Shown here: positions 51,383 to 62,379 of the stretch, one piece after another | Layout: each line of letters opens with the position of its first letter | Position numbering within the stretch: the first letter of the stretch is position 1 | Origin: an uncultured Methylomirabilota bacterium | Lineage (GTDB): Bacteria; Methylomirabilota; Methylomirabilia; Methylomirabilales; 2-02-FULL-66-22 | Assembly: GCA_963705305.1 (NCBI GenBank) | Contig: OY970067.1 | Coordinates: 4,768,001 to 4,832,000 of the forward strand | Direction: 5' to 3' | DNA length: 64,000 nt | The notes under the pieces: generated by a model | Told to the model about the DNA's origin: nothing | Databases searched by the model: none | The model's input: only the letters and a program-made list of their open reading frames with translations | Position numbers and translations under genes: made by a program

Positions 51383-52767
51383 TCGGCCGCGGTATCGGCC
51401 ATCTCGGCCGGCGGCTCGGTCTCCGCAGGAGCGGGCAGCGGCCGGGCGGGAGCGTCCCCCGCGCCCGCCAGCGCCTCCTGGGCCGCTTGCAGGATCCGCT
51501 CGGCACTCTTGGCGCCGATCCCCTCCACCACCTGCAGCTCGTCCGGCGTCGCCGCCGCCAGGGCCGCCAGGCTGCCGTACCCGGCCGCCACCAGGCGTCC
51601 GGCCAGCTTCTCCCCGATGCCGGGCAGCGCCGTAAACTGCTCCAACGGATCCGCCTCGCTCGGGGGAGCTTCCGCCGGACGCTCCTCCCCGCCCATCAGC
51701 CCGGACAGGGCGGCTTCCGCCTCGCGCTGGAGCTCGGCGGTGCTCTTGATGTCCACCTTCCAGCCGACCAGCTTGGCCGCCAGTCGGGCATTCTGACCCC
51801 GCTTGCCGATGGCCAGGGACAGTTGATCGTCCGCCACCACCACCTGCAGGGTATGCGTCTCGCTATCGACCGTGACGTGCTGCACTTCGGCGGGTGCCAG
51901 CGCCGCCTTCACGAAGGTGCCGGGATCCTCCCGCCAGGGAATGATATCGATCTTCTCCCCCTGCAGCTCCCGCACAATCGACTGCACGCGCGCGCCCCGA
52001 TAGCCGACGCAGGCCCCCACGGGATCCACGTTGGCATCCTTGGAGACGACGGCGATCTTCGCCCGCTCGCCCGCCTCCCGCGCCGCCGCCCGGACCTCGA
52101 CGATCCCCTCGTAGATCTCCGGCACCTCCAGATCGAAGAGGCGCTTGAGGAAGCCGGGATGGGTCCGGGAGACGACGATCTGTGACCCCTTGGAGGTCTT
52201 CTTCACATCCAGGATGTAGGCGCGCACCCGGTCCCCCACCCGGAACTCTTCCCGAGGCAGCTGCTCGCGCACGGGAAGGATGGCCTCGGCCTTGCCGATG
52301 TTGAGGATGGCATTGCCCTTGATGACGCGCTGCACCACGCCGTGGACCAGCTCCCCTTCCTTTTCCTTGAAAGTCTGGAAGACCGAGTCCCGCTCCGCCT
52401 CGCGCACCCGCTGGATGATGACCTGCTTGGCCGTCTGGGCCGCGATCCGCCCGAAGCTCTGCGCGTTGACCGGCACCGGGGTCTTCACCTCGTCCCCGAT
52501 GTGGGCCTCCGGGTTGATGGCCCGGGCCTCCTCGAGACTGACCTCGATCTTGGAGTTGGTCGGGCTCTCGACAACCTTGTGGACAGCGTAGAGCATGAAC
52601 TGCCCCGACTTGGAGTCGAAGTCCACCCGCAAGTCCAGGGCGGCCTGCGCCACAGGCAGGCTTTTGCGGGAGGCCGACAGGATCGCGGCACCCACCGCCT
52701 CGATGAGGACCCCCTTATCAATCCCCTTCTCCCGCCCGATTTGATCGATGACCTGCATCAGGTCCAT
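51379..52767 (-). CDS. nusA: Transcription factor NusA
   Basis: FGRIAAQTAKQV, DPVGACVG, AIGKRGQNARLA, C-terminal HhH. Confidence 0.98.
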   Translation of the reverse strand: MDLMQVIDQIGREKGIDKGVLIEAVGAAILSASRKSLPVAQAALDLRVDFDSKSGQFMLYAVHKVVESPTNSKIEVSLEEARAINPEAHIGDEVKTPVPVNAQSFGRIAAQTAKQVIIQRVREAERDSVFQTFKEKEGELVHGVVQRVIKGNAILNIGKAEAILPVREQLPREEFRVGDRVRAYILDVKKTSKGSQIVVSRTHPGFLKRLFDLEVPEIYEGIVEVRAAAREAGERAKIAVVSKDANVDPVGACVGYRGARVQSIVRELQGEKIDIIPWREDPGTFVKAALAPAEVQHVTVDSETHTLQVVVADDQLSLAIGKRGQNARLAAKLVGWKVDIKSTAELQREAEAALSGLMGGEERPAEAPPSEADPLEQFTALPGIGEKLAGRLVAAGYGSLAALAAATPDELQVVEGIGAKSAERILQAAQEALAGAGDAPARPLPAPAETEPPAEMADTAAE

Positions 52768-52873
52768 GCCATGCCCTCCGTCCAGTCCCGGGAGCTCGCA
52801 GCCTGCCGCAGCCTCCGAGCCCTGCTCCCCCGCAAGCCGCAGCCGCGGCGGCCGGCGAACGAGGTCGACGACC

Positions 52874-53368
52874 TTAGAATTCCGGTTGGAGCCGCGCTTT
52901 CAGGATGAGCTCGCGTGGGATGGCCGCGCGGCGGCCGTCGGGCAACGCCACAAGGACGCGCTCGCCTTCCAGGCCGACCAGGCGTCCGCGAAAGTTCCGC
53001 TGCCCTTCCACCGCTTCGCGGGTCGTCACCTTGACCTCGCGGCCGGCGAAGCGCACGAAGTCCGCGCCCCTGGTCAGCGGCCGATCCAGCCCCGGAGAGG
53101 AGACCTCCAGGTGGTAGGGGTGGTCGATGAGGTCTTCAACGTCCAGATGATCCCCCAATTCTTCGCTCACCCGCTGGCAATCACCCAGGGTCACCCCGCC
53201 GGGCTTATCCAGGTAGAGACGGAGCACCCATCCCTGCGCCTCGCGCCGGAATTCGACATCCACCAGCTCCATCCCCTGGTCGATCAGGATGGCTTCCGCC
53301 AGGGCCCGAATCCGCCCCAGGAGATCCCCGCCCTGCCGGGTGCTGCCCGTCTTTCCGGGTGCTTGCAT
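52874..53368 (-). CDS. rimP: Ribosome maturation factor RimP
   Basis: LRLYLDKPGGVTLGDC, LEVSSPGLDRPL. Confidence 0.96.
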   Translation of the reverse strand: MQAPGKTGSTRQGGDLLGRIRALAEAILIDQGMELVDVEFRREAQGWVLRLYLDKPGGVTLGDCQRVSEELGDHLDVEDLIDHPYHLEVSSPGLDRPLTRGADFVRFAGREVKVTTREAVEGQRNFRGRLVGLEGERVLVALPDGRRAAIPRELILKARLQPEF

Positions 53369-53393
53369 GCCGGCCTCTGTATCCCTCGAAAAA

Positions 53394-53454
53394 CAAAGAG
53401 CGGGCGAGCGCCCACTCCTTGCGAAATCTAGCACGCCACCGGCTGTCCGCGCAA
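53394..53454 (-). promoter_or_regulatory. rimP-nusA promoter and leader hairpin
   Basis: TTGCGC-18 nt-TAGATT, then GAGTGGGC-GCTC-GCCCGCTC-TTT, resembling the hairpin commonly seen upstream of rimP. Confidence 0.6.
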
Positions 53455-53471
53455 GGGAAAAATGGCCGCCC

Positions 53472-55568
53472 CTACTCCTCTTCCTCTTCCTCCGGCCGCT
53501 TGGCTTCCGCGATCAGCTTCTCCTGAGTCTGACCTGGAACCTCCTCGTAGTGGCTGAACTCCATGCTGTAGTCCCCCCGATCGCCGGTGATGGACCGCAG
53601 CCGGGAATCGTACTCCAGCATCTCCGCCAGGGGGACGTTGGCCCGCACCACCTGGTTGCGGCCCTTGGCCTCGATGCCCAGGACGCGGCCCCGCTTGCTG
53701 TTCAGGTCTCCCACGATGTCCCCCATGCAGTCCGCCGGCGCCACCACGTCGACGGTCATGATGGGCTCGAGCAGGGTGGGCTTGGCCTGCATCACGGCCT
53801 TGCGGAAGGCCAGCCGTCCGGCCAGTTTGAAGGCCAGCTCGGACGAGTCCACGGGGTGGGTGGAGCCGTCGTACAGGATCACCCTCATGTCCACGACCTG
53901 GTAGCCCGCCACCGGCCCGCGCTCCATGGCCTCCACGACCCCCTTCTCCACCGCCGGGATGAAGTTCCGGGGAATGGCGCCTCCCACGACCTGGTTGGCG
54001 AACTCGAAGCCGCCCCCCCGCGGCAGCGGCTCCATGTGAATCCAGCAGTCGCCGAACTGGCCCCGCCCCCCGGTCTGCTTCTTGTGGCGCCCCTGGACCT
54101 CGCGCGCCTTGCCCTTGATGGTCTCCTTGTAGGGAACCCGGGGCGTCTTCAGGGTCACGTCCACGCCGAACTTCCGCTTCATCCGTTCGGTGAGGATCTC
54201 CACGTGGGCCCGCCCCATGCCCGAGACCACCGTCTCCTTGGTCTGCGGATCGTAGCGGAACTGGATGCAGGGATCCTCCTCGCGCAGGCGGGCGAAGGCC
54301 GCACTCATCTTGTCCTCGTCCCCCTTGGCCTTGGGCTCCACCGCAAAGGAGATGACGGGGGCCGGGATGGGAATCTCCGGGAGTCGGATGGGCGACTTTT
54401 CGTCGCACAGGGTATCGCCCGTTCCCGTCTCCTTGAGCTTCACCACCGCCCCCATGTCCCCCGCGGCCAGGGCCGCCACGGGCGTCTGCTGTTTGCCGCG
54501 CAAGAGCAGAAGCTGCCCGATCCGCTCCTTGACGGCTTTGGTGGAGTTCAGGACCGACGAGTCCGAGCTGAGCGTGCCCGAGTAGACGCGGAACATGGTC
54601 ACCTTCCCGGCATACGGGTCTGCGACCGTCTTGAAGACCAGGGCCGCCAGGGGCTCATCGGTTTTTGGCTCGCGCCGGATCGTCCCGTTGCCCTTGGGAT
54701 CCACCCCTTCCACGGCGGGCCGCTCCAGCGGGGATGGGAAAGCCTCCGCCAGGAAATCCAGCAGGGGGGCGACGGCGATGTTGCGGGCGGGCGCACCGCA
54801 GAGGACGGGGAAGAGCTTCTGCTCCCGCGTCGCGCGGACCAGCCCATCCCGCACCTCCTCCTCGGATAGCTCGCCGGTTTCCAGGTATTTCTCCAGCAGG
54901 CGGTCATCCGCCTCGGCGATCGCCTCGACCAGGGCCGCCCGGTGGGTTTCCGCCATCGCCTTGGCCGCCTGGGGGATTTCCTCCTCGCTGGCCTTGCCCG
55001 AGCCGTCGGCGGCGAACTGCACCGCCCGCATCCGGACCAGATCCACGACGCCGACAAAGGCGGCCTCCTGGCCGATGGGGATCTGCACCGGGACGGCATT
55101 GGCGGCCAGGTTCTTCCGGACGTCTTCCAGCGCCCGGGCGAAGTCGGCTCGCTCCCGGTCCATCTTGGACAGGTAGATGGCGCGGGGAAGTTCCCCCGCC
55201 GCGGCATAGCTCCAGACCTTCTCGGTCTGGACCTTGACCCCGTCGGTGGCCCCCACGACCACTACGGCCCCGTCGACCACCCGCAAGGCGCTGCGGGCGT
55301 CTCCCAGGAAAACCGCAAAGCCGGGGGTGTCCACCAGATTGAATTTATAGCCCTTCCACTCACACCACGCCAGCGAGGCGCTGATACTGATCTGCCGCCG
55401 GATCTCGTCGTCGTCGAAGTCCATGGTGGTGGCGCCGTCTTCCACGCGGCCCAGGCGCGGGATCGCACCGGCGCAGAAGAGCATGGCCTCGGCCAGGGTC
55501 GTCTTGCCGGCGCTGCCGTGGGCCACGAAGGCAACATTGCGGATTTTCGCCACTTCGGGTTGCTTCAT
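53472..55568 (-). CDS. Elongation factor G paralog (EF-G2-like)
   Basis: AHGSAGKTT, DTPGF, SKMD, HKKQTGGRGQFG, VDSSELAFK. The G1 and G4 motifs deviate from canonical FusA, and the gene lies outside the str operon. Confidence 0.9.
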   Translation of the reverse strand: MKQPEVAKIRNVAFVAHGSAGKTTLAEAMLFCAGAIPRLGRVEDGATTMDFDDDEIRRQISISASLAWCEWKGYKFNLVDTPGFAVFLGDARSALRVVDGAVVVVGATDGVKVQTEKVWSYAAAGELPRAIYLSKMDRERADFARALEDVRKNLAANAVPVQIPIGQEAAFVGVVDLVRMRAVQFAADGSGKASEEEIPQAAKAMAETHRAALVEAIAEADDRLLEKYLETGELSEEEVRDGLVRATREQKLFPVLCGAPARNIAVAPLLDFLAEAFPSPLERPAVEGVDPKGNGTIRREPKTDEPLAALVFKTVADPYAGKVTMFRVYSGTLSSDSSVLNSTKAVKERIGQLLLLRGKQQTPVAALAAGDMGAVVKLKETGTGDTLCDEKSPIRLPEIPIPAPVISFAVEPKAKGDEDKMSAAFARLREEDPCIQFRYDPQTKETVVSGMGRAHVEILTERMKRKFGVDVTLKTPRVPYKETIKGKAREVQGRHKKQTGGRGQFGDCWIHMEPLPRGGGFEFANQVVGGAIPRNFIPAVEKGVVEAMERGPVAGYQVVDMRVILYDGSTHPVDSSELAFKLAGRLAFRKAVMQAKPTLLEPIMTVDVVAPADCMGDIVGDLNSKRGRVLGIEAKGRNQVVRANVPLAEMLEYDSRLRSITGDRGDYSMEFSHYEEVPGQTQEKLIAEAKRPEEEEEE

Positions 55569-55750
55569 CTCTCCCCTCGTACATGTCTCGAAGAGTTGGC
55601 GAGAAGAAACGGATGGGGACGTGCCCCCCTACCCTGTCACGGCCCGTCCCCGCTGGCGGTGTCGATCTCTTGTTAGGTAGCACAGAGGCGCCGGCGCGCG
55701 CAAGGGAAAACTCGGCACGCGCCTCTTTCCCCCGATTCCCCAGAACGTCC

Positions 55751-57040
55751 TCAGACACCCGGCGCCCCCTGCCTTTCCCCTCTCCCTGTCTCCCGCAACG
55801 CCGGCAGGATCGAGCCGCCCTCCGGCAGGACCGCAACGGACGCCGATCGCCCCAGGGCGGCCCGGGCCGCCTCCACGGCCCGGTCCAGGCTGGGGAACGG
55901 ATGGAAGCCGAGCCGTCGCGCGAAATCGGAGGGCAGCGCCGAGACCAGGTAGACGTCCGCCTGGGTCATGGCCATCGCCACGGCCGCCGCCTTGTGGCCG
56001 CCGAGGACGAACTCCCGGCGGATGCGCGCCAGGATCGCCTCCGGCCCGCCCGGGTCCTGCATCCAGGCTTCGAAGGTGCGCTCCCCCAGCCCCTCGCGAC
56101 ATTCCGCCACCAGGAGGAGAATGCCTCCGCGCCGGACGATGTGCCGCGCGTTGTCCAGAGCCTTTTGCGCCTGGTAGAGATTGATGTCCTTCGGGTACCC
56201 CCCGGCGCTCACCACCACCAGGTCCACGGGATGGTCCACCACGGCCCGGCCGTAGGCGTCGACGGCGGCGCAGCCGGCCCGGTGGGCCAGGCGGGGATGC
56301 CCGGCCACCGCCTTCAGGATCCGCTTGTCATCGTCCAGAACCACGTTCATGATGAAGTCGGCCCGCACCAGCGCCCCGGCCTCTTCCAGATCCTCCCGGA
56401 CGGGGTTTCCCTCCAGCCGCCCGGCCGCCGCTCCTGCCTCGGTCATGCGGCGGTGGTTCTGCTGGATGGTGGCGGCCGTACAGACCCCCGGGACGAGCGC
56501 CTTGACCCCGCCGCTGTACCCGGCGAAGTAGTGGTATTCGATCACCCCCAGGCAGATCCGCAAGTCTGCCTCCAGGACGGGCCGGAAGACCTCCACCGGC
56601 GTTCCGCCCGCCGTGACGCCGATTCGCGCGCAGTCCGCCGGGTTCGAATCCATGCAGCGCACCCGGCGGTGCACCGCCTCCCCCACCAGGCCCCGCCGCT
56701 CGGCCGCCGTGTGCGGGCGGTGGATGCCGAGGCCGAACACCACAGTCACGTCGCCGTCGGCAACCCCCGCCTGCCGCAGCTCGTCCAGCACAGGGGGAAG
56801 CAGACGCGCCGAGGGGCAGGGACGGGTGATGTCGGCCGTCACGATGACCACGCGCCGTCCCGCCGCGGCGAGGTCCGCCAGGCGGGAGGTCCCGACGGGC
56901 GCCGCCAGGGCCGCGCGGATGCTCCGGTCTTCGTCGGGAGGCTCGGCGCTGCGGCGCGCGCGCAGGACGCAGACGCGCGGATCCCACTCCGGAAGCTTCA
57001 GGAGCTCCGTGGCATGGCCGTACTTGAGCGGGATCTCCAT
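55751..57040 (-). CDS. larA: LarA family nickel-pincer racemase/epimerase
   Basis: DITRPCP, GLGIHRP, YHYFAGYSGGVK, GGYPKDINLYQAQKAL, GGHKA. Confidence 0.9.
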   Translation of the reverse strand: MEIPLKYGHATELLKLPEWDPRVCVLRARRSAEPPDEDRSIRAALAAPVGTSRLADLAAAGRRVVIVTADITRPCPSARLLPPVLDELRQAGVADGDVTVVFGLGIHRPHTAAERRGLVGEAVHRRVRCMDSNPADCARIGVTAGGTPVEVFRPVLEADLRICLGVIEYHYFAGYSGGVKALVPGVCTAATIQQNHRRMTEAGAAAGRLEGNPVREDLEEAGALVRADFIMNVVLDDDKRILKAVAGHPRLAHRAGCAAVDAYGRAVVDHPVDLVVVSAGGYPKDINLYQAQKALDNARHIVRRGGILLLVAECREGLGERTFEAWMQDPGGPEAILARIRREFVLGGHKAAAVAMAMTQADVYLVSALPSDFARRLGFHPFPSLDRAVEAARAALGRSASVAVLPEGGSILPALRETGRGERQGAPGV

Positions 57041-57139
57041 GCGGGCTTCCTCCGGACCGCCGCCCCCCGAAAAGAGAAACGCCCTCCCGCGATCCTCCGC
57101 GAGAGGGCGCACGCCTATCGTCCCATGCGGAAGGAGGGA

Positions 57140-57646
57140 TTACCCCTCGGCACCGACCGCGGGCGCGGACTCCGTTGCGCTGGGCCGCTTGGTGCGGCGG
57201 CGCCGGCGGCGCCGGCCGCTCTTGGCCGGCTCGCCCTCGGCGGGCTGCTCCTTCTTGCCCTTGGCTTTCCCCTTGGCCTCCGGCGCGGCTTCAGATCCCA
57301 GGAACTCGATGGCCGCCAGCGGGGCCCCGTCCCCCATCCGGTAGTCCAGCTTGGTGATGCGGGTATAGCCGCCGTTCCGCTCGCGGAAGCGGCCGCCGAA
57401 TGTGTCGAACAGCTTCTTCAAGGCCTTGTCATCGTTAAGCACCTCCGCCGCCTGTCGCCGGGCGTGGAGGTCCTCGCGCTTGGCCAGGGTGACCATCTTC
57501 TCGGCCACGCTGCGCAGCTCCTTGGCCTTGGCTGCCGTTGTAATGATCTTTTCGTATAGGACCAGGGACGTCACCAGGTTTCGCATCATCATCTCCCGGT
57601 GCGCGGTGGTCCGACCGAGCTTCCGTCCTGCACGCCTGTGCCGCAT
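57140..57646 (-). CDS. rplQ: 50S ribosomal protein L17
   Basis: [13 protein letters not shown]...RNGGYTRI, with a basic C-terminal extension. Confidence 0.97.
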   Translation of the reverse strand: MRHRRAGRKLGRTTAHREMMMRNLVTSLVLYEKIITTAAKAKELRSVAEKMVTLAKREDLHARRQAAEVLNDDKALKKLFDTFGGRFRERNGGYTRITKLDYRMGDGAPLAAIEFLGSEAAPEAKGKAKGKKEQPAEGEPAKSGRRRRRRRTKRPSATESAPAVGAEG

Positions 57647-57686
57647 TGCCGTTAGTCTCCCCGGGGGTGCGTGCCGAGCAGGGGCG

Positions 57687-58691
57687 CTAGGCCTTAGCCG
57701 CCTTCCGCTTGGCGGCCTCGCCGATGGGCACACCCTCCAGCTTCATGCCCAGGCTCAATCCCATGCCCGCCAGGATCTCCTTGATTTCGTTGAGCGATTT
57801 CCGGCCGAAATTCTTGGTCTTGAGCATCTCGGCCTCGGTCTTCTCCACCAGCTCGTAGATGTAGCGGATGCTTGAGTTCTTCAGGCAGTTGGCCGATCGA
57901 ACCGACAGCTCCAGCTCCTCCACCGGGCGGGCGAGGTTCTCCAGCATCCGTTCCTTGGCTTCGTCCACCACCAGCTCTTCCTCTTCCGGCTCTTCCTCGA
58001 AGTTGATGAAGATGCTGAGATGGTCCTTCAGGATCTTGGCGGCGTAGGCGACGGCGTCCTGCGGCAGCACGGAGCCGTCCGTCCAGACCTCCAGGACCAG
58101 CTTGTTGTAGTCGGTGGCCTGGCCGACGCGCGTGTCCTCCACCAGGAAGTTGACCCGCTTGATGGGGGAGAACATGCTGTCGATGGGGATGACGTCCACT
58201 GGCATCCCCTCCCGCTTGTTCCGCTCCGCGGGGACGTACCCGCGGCCGTGGCGGATCTCCACCTCCATGTCCAGCTTGCCGTCCTTGTCCAGCCGGCACA
58301 GGGGGAGATCCGGCGTGAGGATCTCCACGTCCGAGTCGGGGGTGAACTGCGCGGCGCGCACCTCCCCCTCCCCGGCGGCCTTCAGCGCGAGGGTCTTGGG
58401 GTGATCTGCCGAGAGCTTCAGCCGAAGCTGCTTCAGGTTCAGGATGATGTCGGTGACGTCCTCTTCGACACCCGGGACGGAGGAAAACTCGTGCAGCACC
58501 CCGGCGATCCGGACGGAGGTGATGGCCGCCCCCTCGATGGACGACAGCAGCACCCGCCGCAGCGCGTTCCCCAGGGTCAACCCAAAGCCGCGCTCCAGCG
58601 GCTCCGCGACAAATTTCCCGTACGTACTGGTCAGGGTCTCCAGCTCGCACTCCAGTCGCTTGGGCTTCTGGAATCCCTTGAACTTCTGCAT
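57687..58691 (-). CDS. rpoA: RNA polymerase alpha subunit
   Basis: [41 protein letters not shown]. Confidence 0.98.
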   Translation of the reverse strand: MQKFKGFQKPKRLECELETLTSTYGKFVAEPLERGFGLTLGNALRRVLLSSIEGAAITSVRIAGVLHEFSSVPGVEEDVTDIILNLKQLRLKLSADHPKTLALKAAGEGEVRAAQFTPDSDVEILTPDLPLCRLDKDGKLDMEVEIRHGRGYVPAERNKREGMPVDVIPIDSMFSPIKRVNFLVEDTRVGQATDYNKLVLEVWTDGSVLPQDAVAYAAKILKDHLSIFINFEEEPEEEELVVDEAKERMLENLARPVEELELSVRSANCLKNSSIRYIYELVEKTEAEMLKTKNFGRKSLNEIKEILAGMGLSLGMKLEGVPIGEAAKRKAAKA

Positions 58692-58713
58692 GCTCAGCCT
58701 CTCTGTCGCCCCC

Positions 58714-59340
58714 TCACTTCGAATACAGGGCGACCACCAGTTGCTCCTGGACCGGGATGGCCATCTCCTCCTTGCTCGGCAGGCTGCGGACCGTGCCTTT
58801 GAAGTTGGCGGCCTCCAGCTCCAGCCAGGAGGGCACCCGACGCTTCTTGGCGCCCTCGAGGGCCGTGGCGATCTCGGCCAACTCCCGGCTCGCCTGCTGC
58901 ACCTCGATGACATCGCCGGCGCGAACCAAATAGGAAGGAATCGTGACCCGGCGCCCGTTCACCCGGAAGTGGCCGTGGGTGACCAGGACTCGCGCCTGCG
59001 CCCGCGAGGCCGCGAAGCCGAGCCGGTGCACCACGTTGTCGAGCCGCTGCTCCAGCAGGCGCACCAGGTTCTCCCCGGTGACCCCCTTTTGCCGTTCGGC
59101 CATCTCGAAATACGTTCGGAATTGGGCCTCCAGAACGCCGTAGATCCGCTTCATCTTCTGCTTCTCGCGAAGCTGGAGCCCGTAATCGGAATGTTTGGAC
59201 CGCCGCTGCCCGTGCTCGCCGGGGGGGTAGTTCCGCTTCTCGACGGCGCACTTCTGCGTATAGCACCGGTCGCCCTTGAGAAAGAGCTTAGTTCCTTCGC
59301 GCCGGCAGAGCTTGCAAACCGAATCGGTATACCGTGCCAC
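58714..59340 (-). CDS. rpsD: 30S ribosomal protein S4
   Basis: [31 protein letters not shown]. Confidence 0.97.
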   Translation of the reverse strand: MARYTDSVCKLCRREGTKLFLKGDRCYTQKCAVEKRNYPPGEHGQRRSKHSDYGLQLREKQKMKRIYGVLEAQFRTYFEMAERQKGVTGENLVRLLEQRLDNVVHRLGFAASRAQARVLVTHGHFRVNGRRVTIPSYLVRAGDVIEVQQASRELAEIATALEGAKKRRVPSWLELEAANFKGTVRSLPSKEEMAIPVQEQLVVALYSK

Positions 59341-59430
59341 GGACACACTCCTTGTGTTCCCGTCCTGCGGTGTGGCCGCGTTGCGGTCGTGCGACCGCGG
59401 CACGCCCCACGGCAGGACTGCAGCACCGTG

Positions 59431-59835
59431 TTAGACGCGTCGCCGCTTGCGGGGTCGGCAGCCGTTATGCGGGATGGGGGTCACGTCCTTGATCGCCGTG
59501 ATCTCGAGTCCGGCCGCTTGGAGCGAGCGGATGGCCGCCTCGCGCCCGGCGCCGGGGCCCTTGACGTACACCTTGACCTCTTTCATCCCCTGCCCGATCG
59601 CCTTCTGGGCGGCGCTCTCCGCCGCCATCTGCGCGGCAAAGGGAGTACTCTTGCGCGAGCCCTTAAACCCCACGCTGCCGGCACTGGCCCAGGTGACCAC
59701 GTTGCCCGTCCCGTCCGTGATGGTCACGATGGTGTTGTTGAAGGTCGCCTGGATGCAGGCAAGCCCATGCGTGACCCCCCGCCCCTCCTTCTTGCTGGGG
59801 CGAACGGGACCCGGGCGCTTCGCTGGTGTCGCCAT
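59431..59835 (-). CDS. rpsK: 30S ribosomal protein S11
   Basis: [26 protein letters not shown]. Confidence 0.98.
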   Translation of the reverse strand: MATPAKRPGPVRPSKKEGRGVTHGLACIQATFNNTIVTITDGTGNVVTWASAGSVGFKGSRKSTPFAAQMAAESAAQKAIGQGMKEVKVYVKGPGAGREAAIRSLQAAGLEITAIKDVTPIPHNGCRPRKRRRV

Positions 59836-59919
59836 CTGCTCCTCCGTTCACTGACCCGTGATCGCCGACCGGATCCCAATGCCTTCTGAGGATCCATTGG
59901 CTATTGTTCTCGCTCGGTC

Positions 59920-60315
59920 CTAGGCCTTGCCTGTGGGGGCGGCGGCCTTGGCCCGCTTCACACCCACGGTGCGGCGGGGGCCCTTGCGGGTCCGGGCGTT
60001 GGTGCTGGTCCGCTGCCCCCGGACGGGCAATCCTCGGCGGTGCCGGAGGCCGCGGTAACAGCCGATGTCCATCAGGCGCTTGACATCCATGGCGATCTGC
60101 CGCTTGAGATCCCCCTCGACCCGATGCCCGCCCTCGATGACGCGGCGCAGCTTGTTCACCTGGTCCTCGGTGAGGTCTTTCACCCGGACGTCCGGGCTCA
60201 CCTCGGCCTCCCGCAGAATCTTCTGTGACGCGGAGCGCCCGATCCCGAAGATGTACGTCAGCGCGACCTCCAGCCGCTTCTCCCGGGGCAGATCAACGCC
60301 CGCAATTCTGGCCAC
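59920..60315 (-). CDS. rpsM: 30S ribosomal protein S13
   Basis: [27 protein letters not shown]. Confidence 0.98.
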   Translation of the reverse strand: MARIAGVDLPREKRLEVALTYIFGIGRSASQKILREAEVSPDVRVKDLTEDQVNKLRRVIEGGHRVEGDLKRQIAMDVKRLMDIGCYRGLRHRRGLPVRGQRTSTNARTRKGPRRTVGVKRAKAAAPTGKA

Positions 60316-60506
60316 CGAAACCTCCTTAGCCCGGATACTTCACGAGAGGGCTTGTGAATGCTCCGGACCGAATGACCAAGGGCCAATTTCGCAAATCCCA
60401 ATGGCGGTATCGAGTCCCACGCGCTGTCACGGTGTGGCTTCCCGGTGCGTGCCCTGTGTGGCCATTCCGCCTGCGGCGGATTGGGATCTGGTCATTCGCC
60501 CGACTC

Positions 60507-60620
60507 CTATCCCTGGCGCTGCTTGTGCTTCGGATTCTCGCACAGGATGCGGAGCACCCCCTTGCGCTTGACCACCTTGCACTTCTCGCACATCGGCTTG
60601 ACCGACGCCCGTACTTTCAT
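60507..60620 (-). CDS. rpmJ: 50S ribosomal protein L36
   Basis: Below the ORF-track cutoff. My translation is [37 protein letters not shown]. Confidence 0.97.
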   Translation of the reverse strand: MKVRASVKPMCEKCKVVKRKGVLRILCENPKHKQRQG

Positions 60621-60656
60621 CGGCTCTCCCGTTCGCCCCGCCCGGCGCGGGCGGCC

Positions 60657-60875
60657 TCATTTATATCGGTAGATGATCCGTCCCCGGGTCAGATCGTAGG
60701 GGGACAGCTCCACGATCACCTTGTCGCCCGGCAAGATGCGGATGAAATGCATCCGCATCTTGCCCGAGATGTGGGCCAGCACCCGGTGTCCCGTCTCCAG
60801 TTCGACCCGGAACATGGCGTTGGGGAGCGGTTCCACGACCGTCCCTTCGACTTCGATGGCCTCTTCCTTGGCCAT
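60657..60875 (-). CDS. infA: Translation initiation factor IF-1
   Basis: [11 protein letters not shown]...[17 protein letters not shown]. Confidence 0.98.
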   Translation of the reverse strand: MAKEEAIEVEGTVVEPLPNAMFRVELETGHRVLAHISGKMRMHFIRILPGDKVIVELSPYDLTRGRIIYRYK

Positions 60876-60912
60876 AAATATCGGCTTCCTTCTCCCCCGG
60901 GGGACCGGAGCC

Positions 60913-61689
60913 TCAGGTCCCGTCCTCGTTCAGCCTGGTCAGCACTTCCGTTCCGTTCTCGGTGATGGCCACCGTATGCTCAAAGTGCGCCGACAGCGAG
61001 CCGTCCGCGGTCACCGCCGTCCACCGGTCCTCCAGCACACGCACATCCGCCCCCCCCGCATTCACCATGGGCTCGATGGCCAGGACCATCCCCGGCTTCA
61101 GCACCGGACCGCGGCCCTGTCCTGGCTCCACGAAGTTCGGGATCTGCGGCGCCTCGTGGAGCGCCTTGCCGATCCCGTGGCCCACGAAAATGCGCACCAC
61201 CGAGAAGCCGTTGCCCTCCGCGTGGGCCTGGACCGCCTGGGAGACATCCGCCAGGCGCGCCCCGTTCCGGGCGGCGGCCACGGCCCGGTCCAGGCACTCC
61301 CGCGTCACCCGGAGCAGCCGCGCCGCCTCGGCCGGAATCTCCCCCACCGGCAGCGTGACCGCCGCGTCCCCGTAGTACCCGTCCACGATCGCTCCCATGT
61401 CCAGGCTGAGGATATCCCCCTCGCGCAGCAGCCGCCCGGACGGGAGTCCGTGCACGACGGCTTCGTTGACCGACGCGCACAGCGTGAACGGGTAATCGCG
61501 GTATCCTTTGAACGCCGGCCTGGCCCCCTGGGCCCGCAGGTAGCTCTCGGCGAACCGATCCAGCTCCAGGGTGGTGACCCCGGGCCGAACCCGGCGCGCC
61601 AACTCGACCAGCGCGCGGGCCACCAGCCGGTTACTCCGGCGCAGGATCTCCAGCTCCCAGGGCGCCTTCAGAACAATCCGATCATGCAT
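60913..61689 (-). CDS. map: Methionine aminopeptidase type I
   Basis: [28 protein letters not shown]. Confidence 0.97.
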   Translation of the reverse strand: MHDRIVLKAPWELEILRRSNRLVARALVELARRVRPGVTTLELDRFAESYLRAQGARPAFKGYRDYPFTLCASVNEAVVHGLPSGRLLREGDILSLDMGAIVDGYYGDAAVTLPVGEIPAEAARLLRVTRECLDRAVAAARNGARLADVSQAVQAHAEGNGFSVVRIFVGHGIGKALHEAPQIPNFVEPGQGRGPVLKPGMVLAIEPMVNAGGADVRVLEDRWTAVTADGSLSAHFEHTVAITENGTEVLTRLNEDGT

Positions 61690-62329
61690 GATTCAGGGCG
61701 TGAAGGATCCGCTGGAAGATATCGCCGATCTCCCCGGTCCCCGCCACGCGTCGGACCACGCCCCTCCCCTCGTAGAATGCGATCAGGGGCGACGTCTCCG
61801 CCGCGTAGACCTGGAGCCGCCGCCGGACCGTCTCCTCGCGATCGTCGTCCCGCTGGTAGGTCGGCCCCTCGCAGGCATCGCAGCTGCCTTCGACGCGGGT
61901 GGGGCGGAAGCGCACATGGTACATGGCCGCGCACTGCCGGCAGGTCCGCCGCCCCGCGATGCGCTGTACCACCTCTTCGGCCGGCGCCTCCAGGACCACC
62001 ACCCGGTCCAGCGGAGTGCGCAGCGCCTGCAACAGTGCCTGCAGCGCCTCGGCCTGCGGCACGGTCCGGGGATAGCCGTCCAGGATGTATCCGCCGGCAC
62101 AGTCCGGCTGCCGCACCCGCTCGCGCACCAATCCGACGATCACGTCGTCGGGAACCAGCTCCCCGCGGTCCATGAACTGCTTGGCCTCGCGCCCCAGCAC
62201 CGTCCCCGCCGCGACCGCGGCCCGCAGCATGTCCCCCGTGGAGATCTGCGGGATGCCGAGATGCTCGGCCAGCTTCTTGGCCTGTGTTCCCTTCCCCGCT
62301 CCCGGAGGGCCCAGAATGAGCAACCGCAT
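61682..62329 (-). CDS. adk: Adenylate kinase (Zn-type LID)
   Basis: GPPGAGKGTQA, LDGYPR, CRQC...CDAC. Confidence 0.97.
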   Translation of the reverse strand: MRLLILGPPGAGKGTQAKKLAEHLGIPQISTGDMLRAAVAAGTVLGREAKQFMDRGELVPDDVIVGLVRERVRQPDCAGGYILDGYPRTVPQAEALQALLQALRTPLDRVVVLEAPAEEVVQRIAGRRTCRQCAAMYHVRFRPTRVEGSCDACEGPTYQRDDDREETVRRRLQVYAAETSPLIAFYEGRGVVRRVAGTGEIGDIFQRILHALNHA

Positions 62330-62379
62330 CGTCGATCGGCTCTGTTCTTCCACGCCCGCTTCCCGGTTGAGGCGCATGG

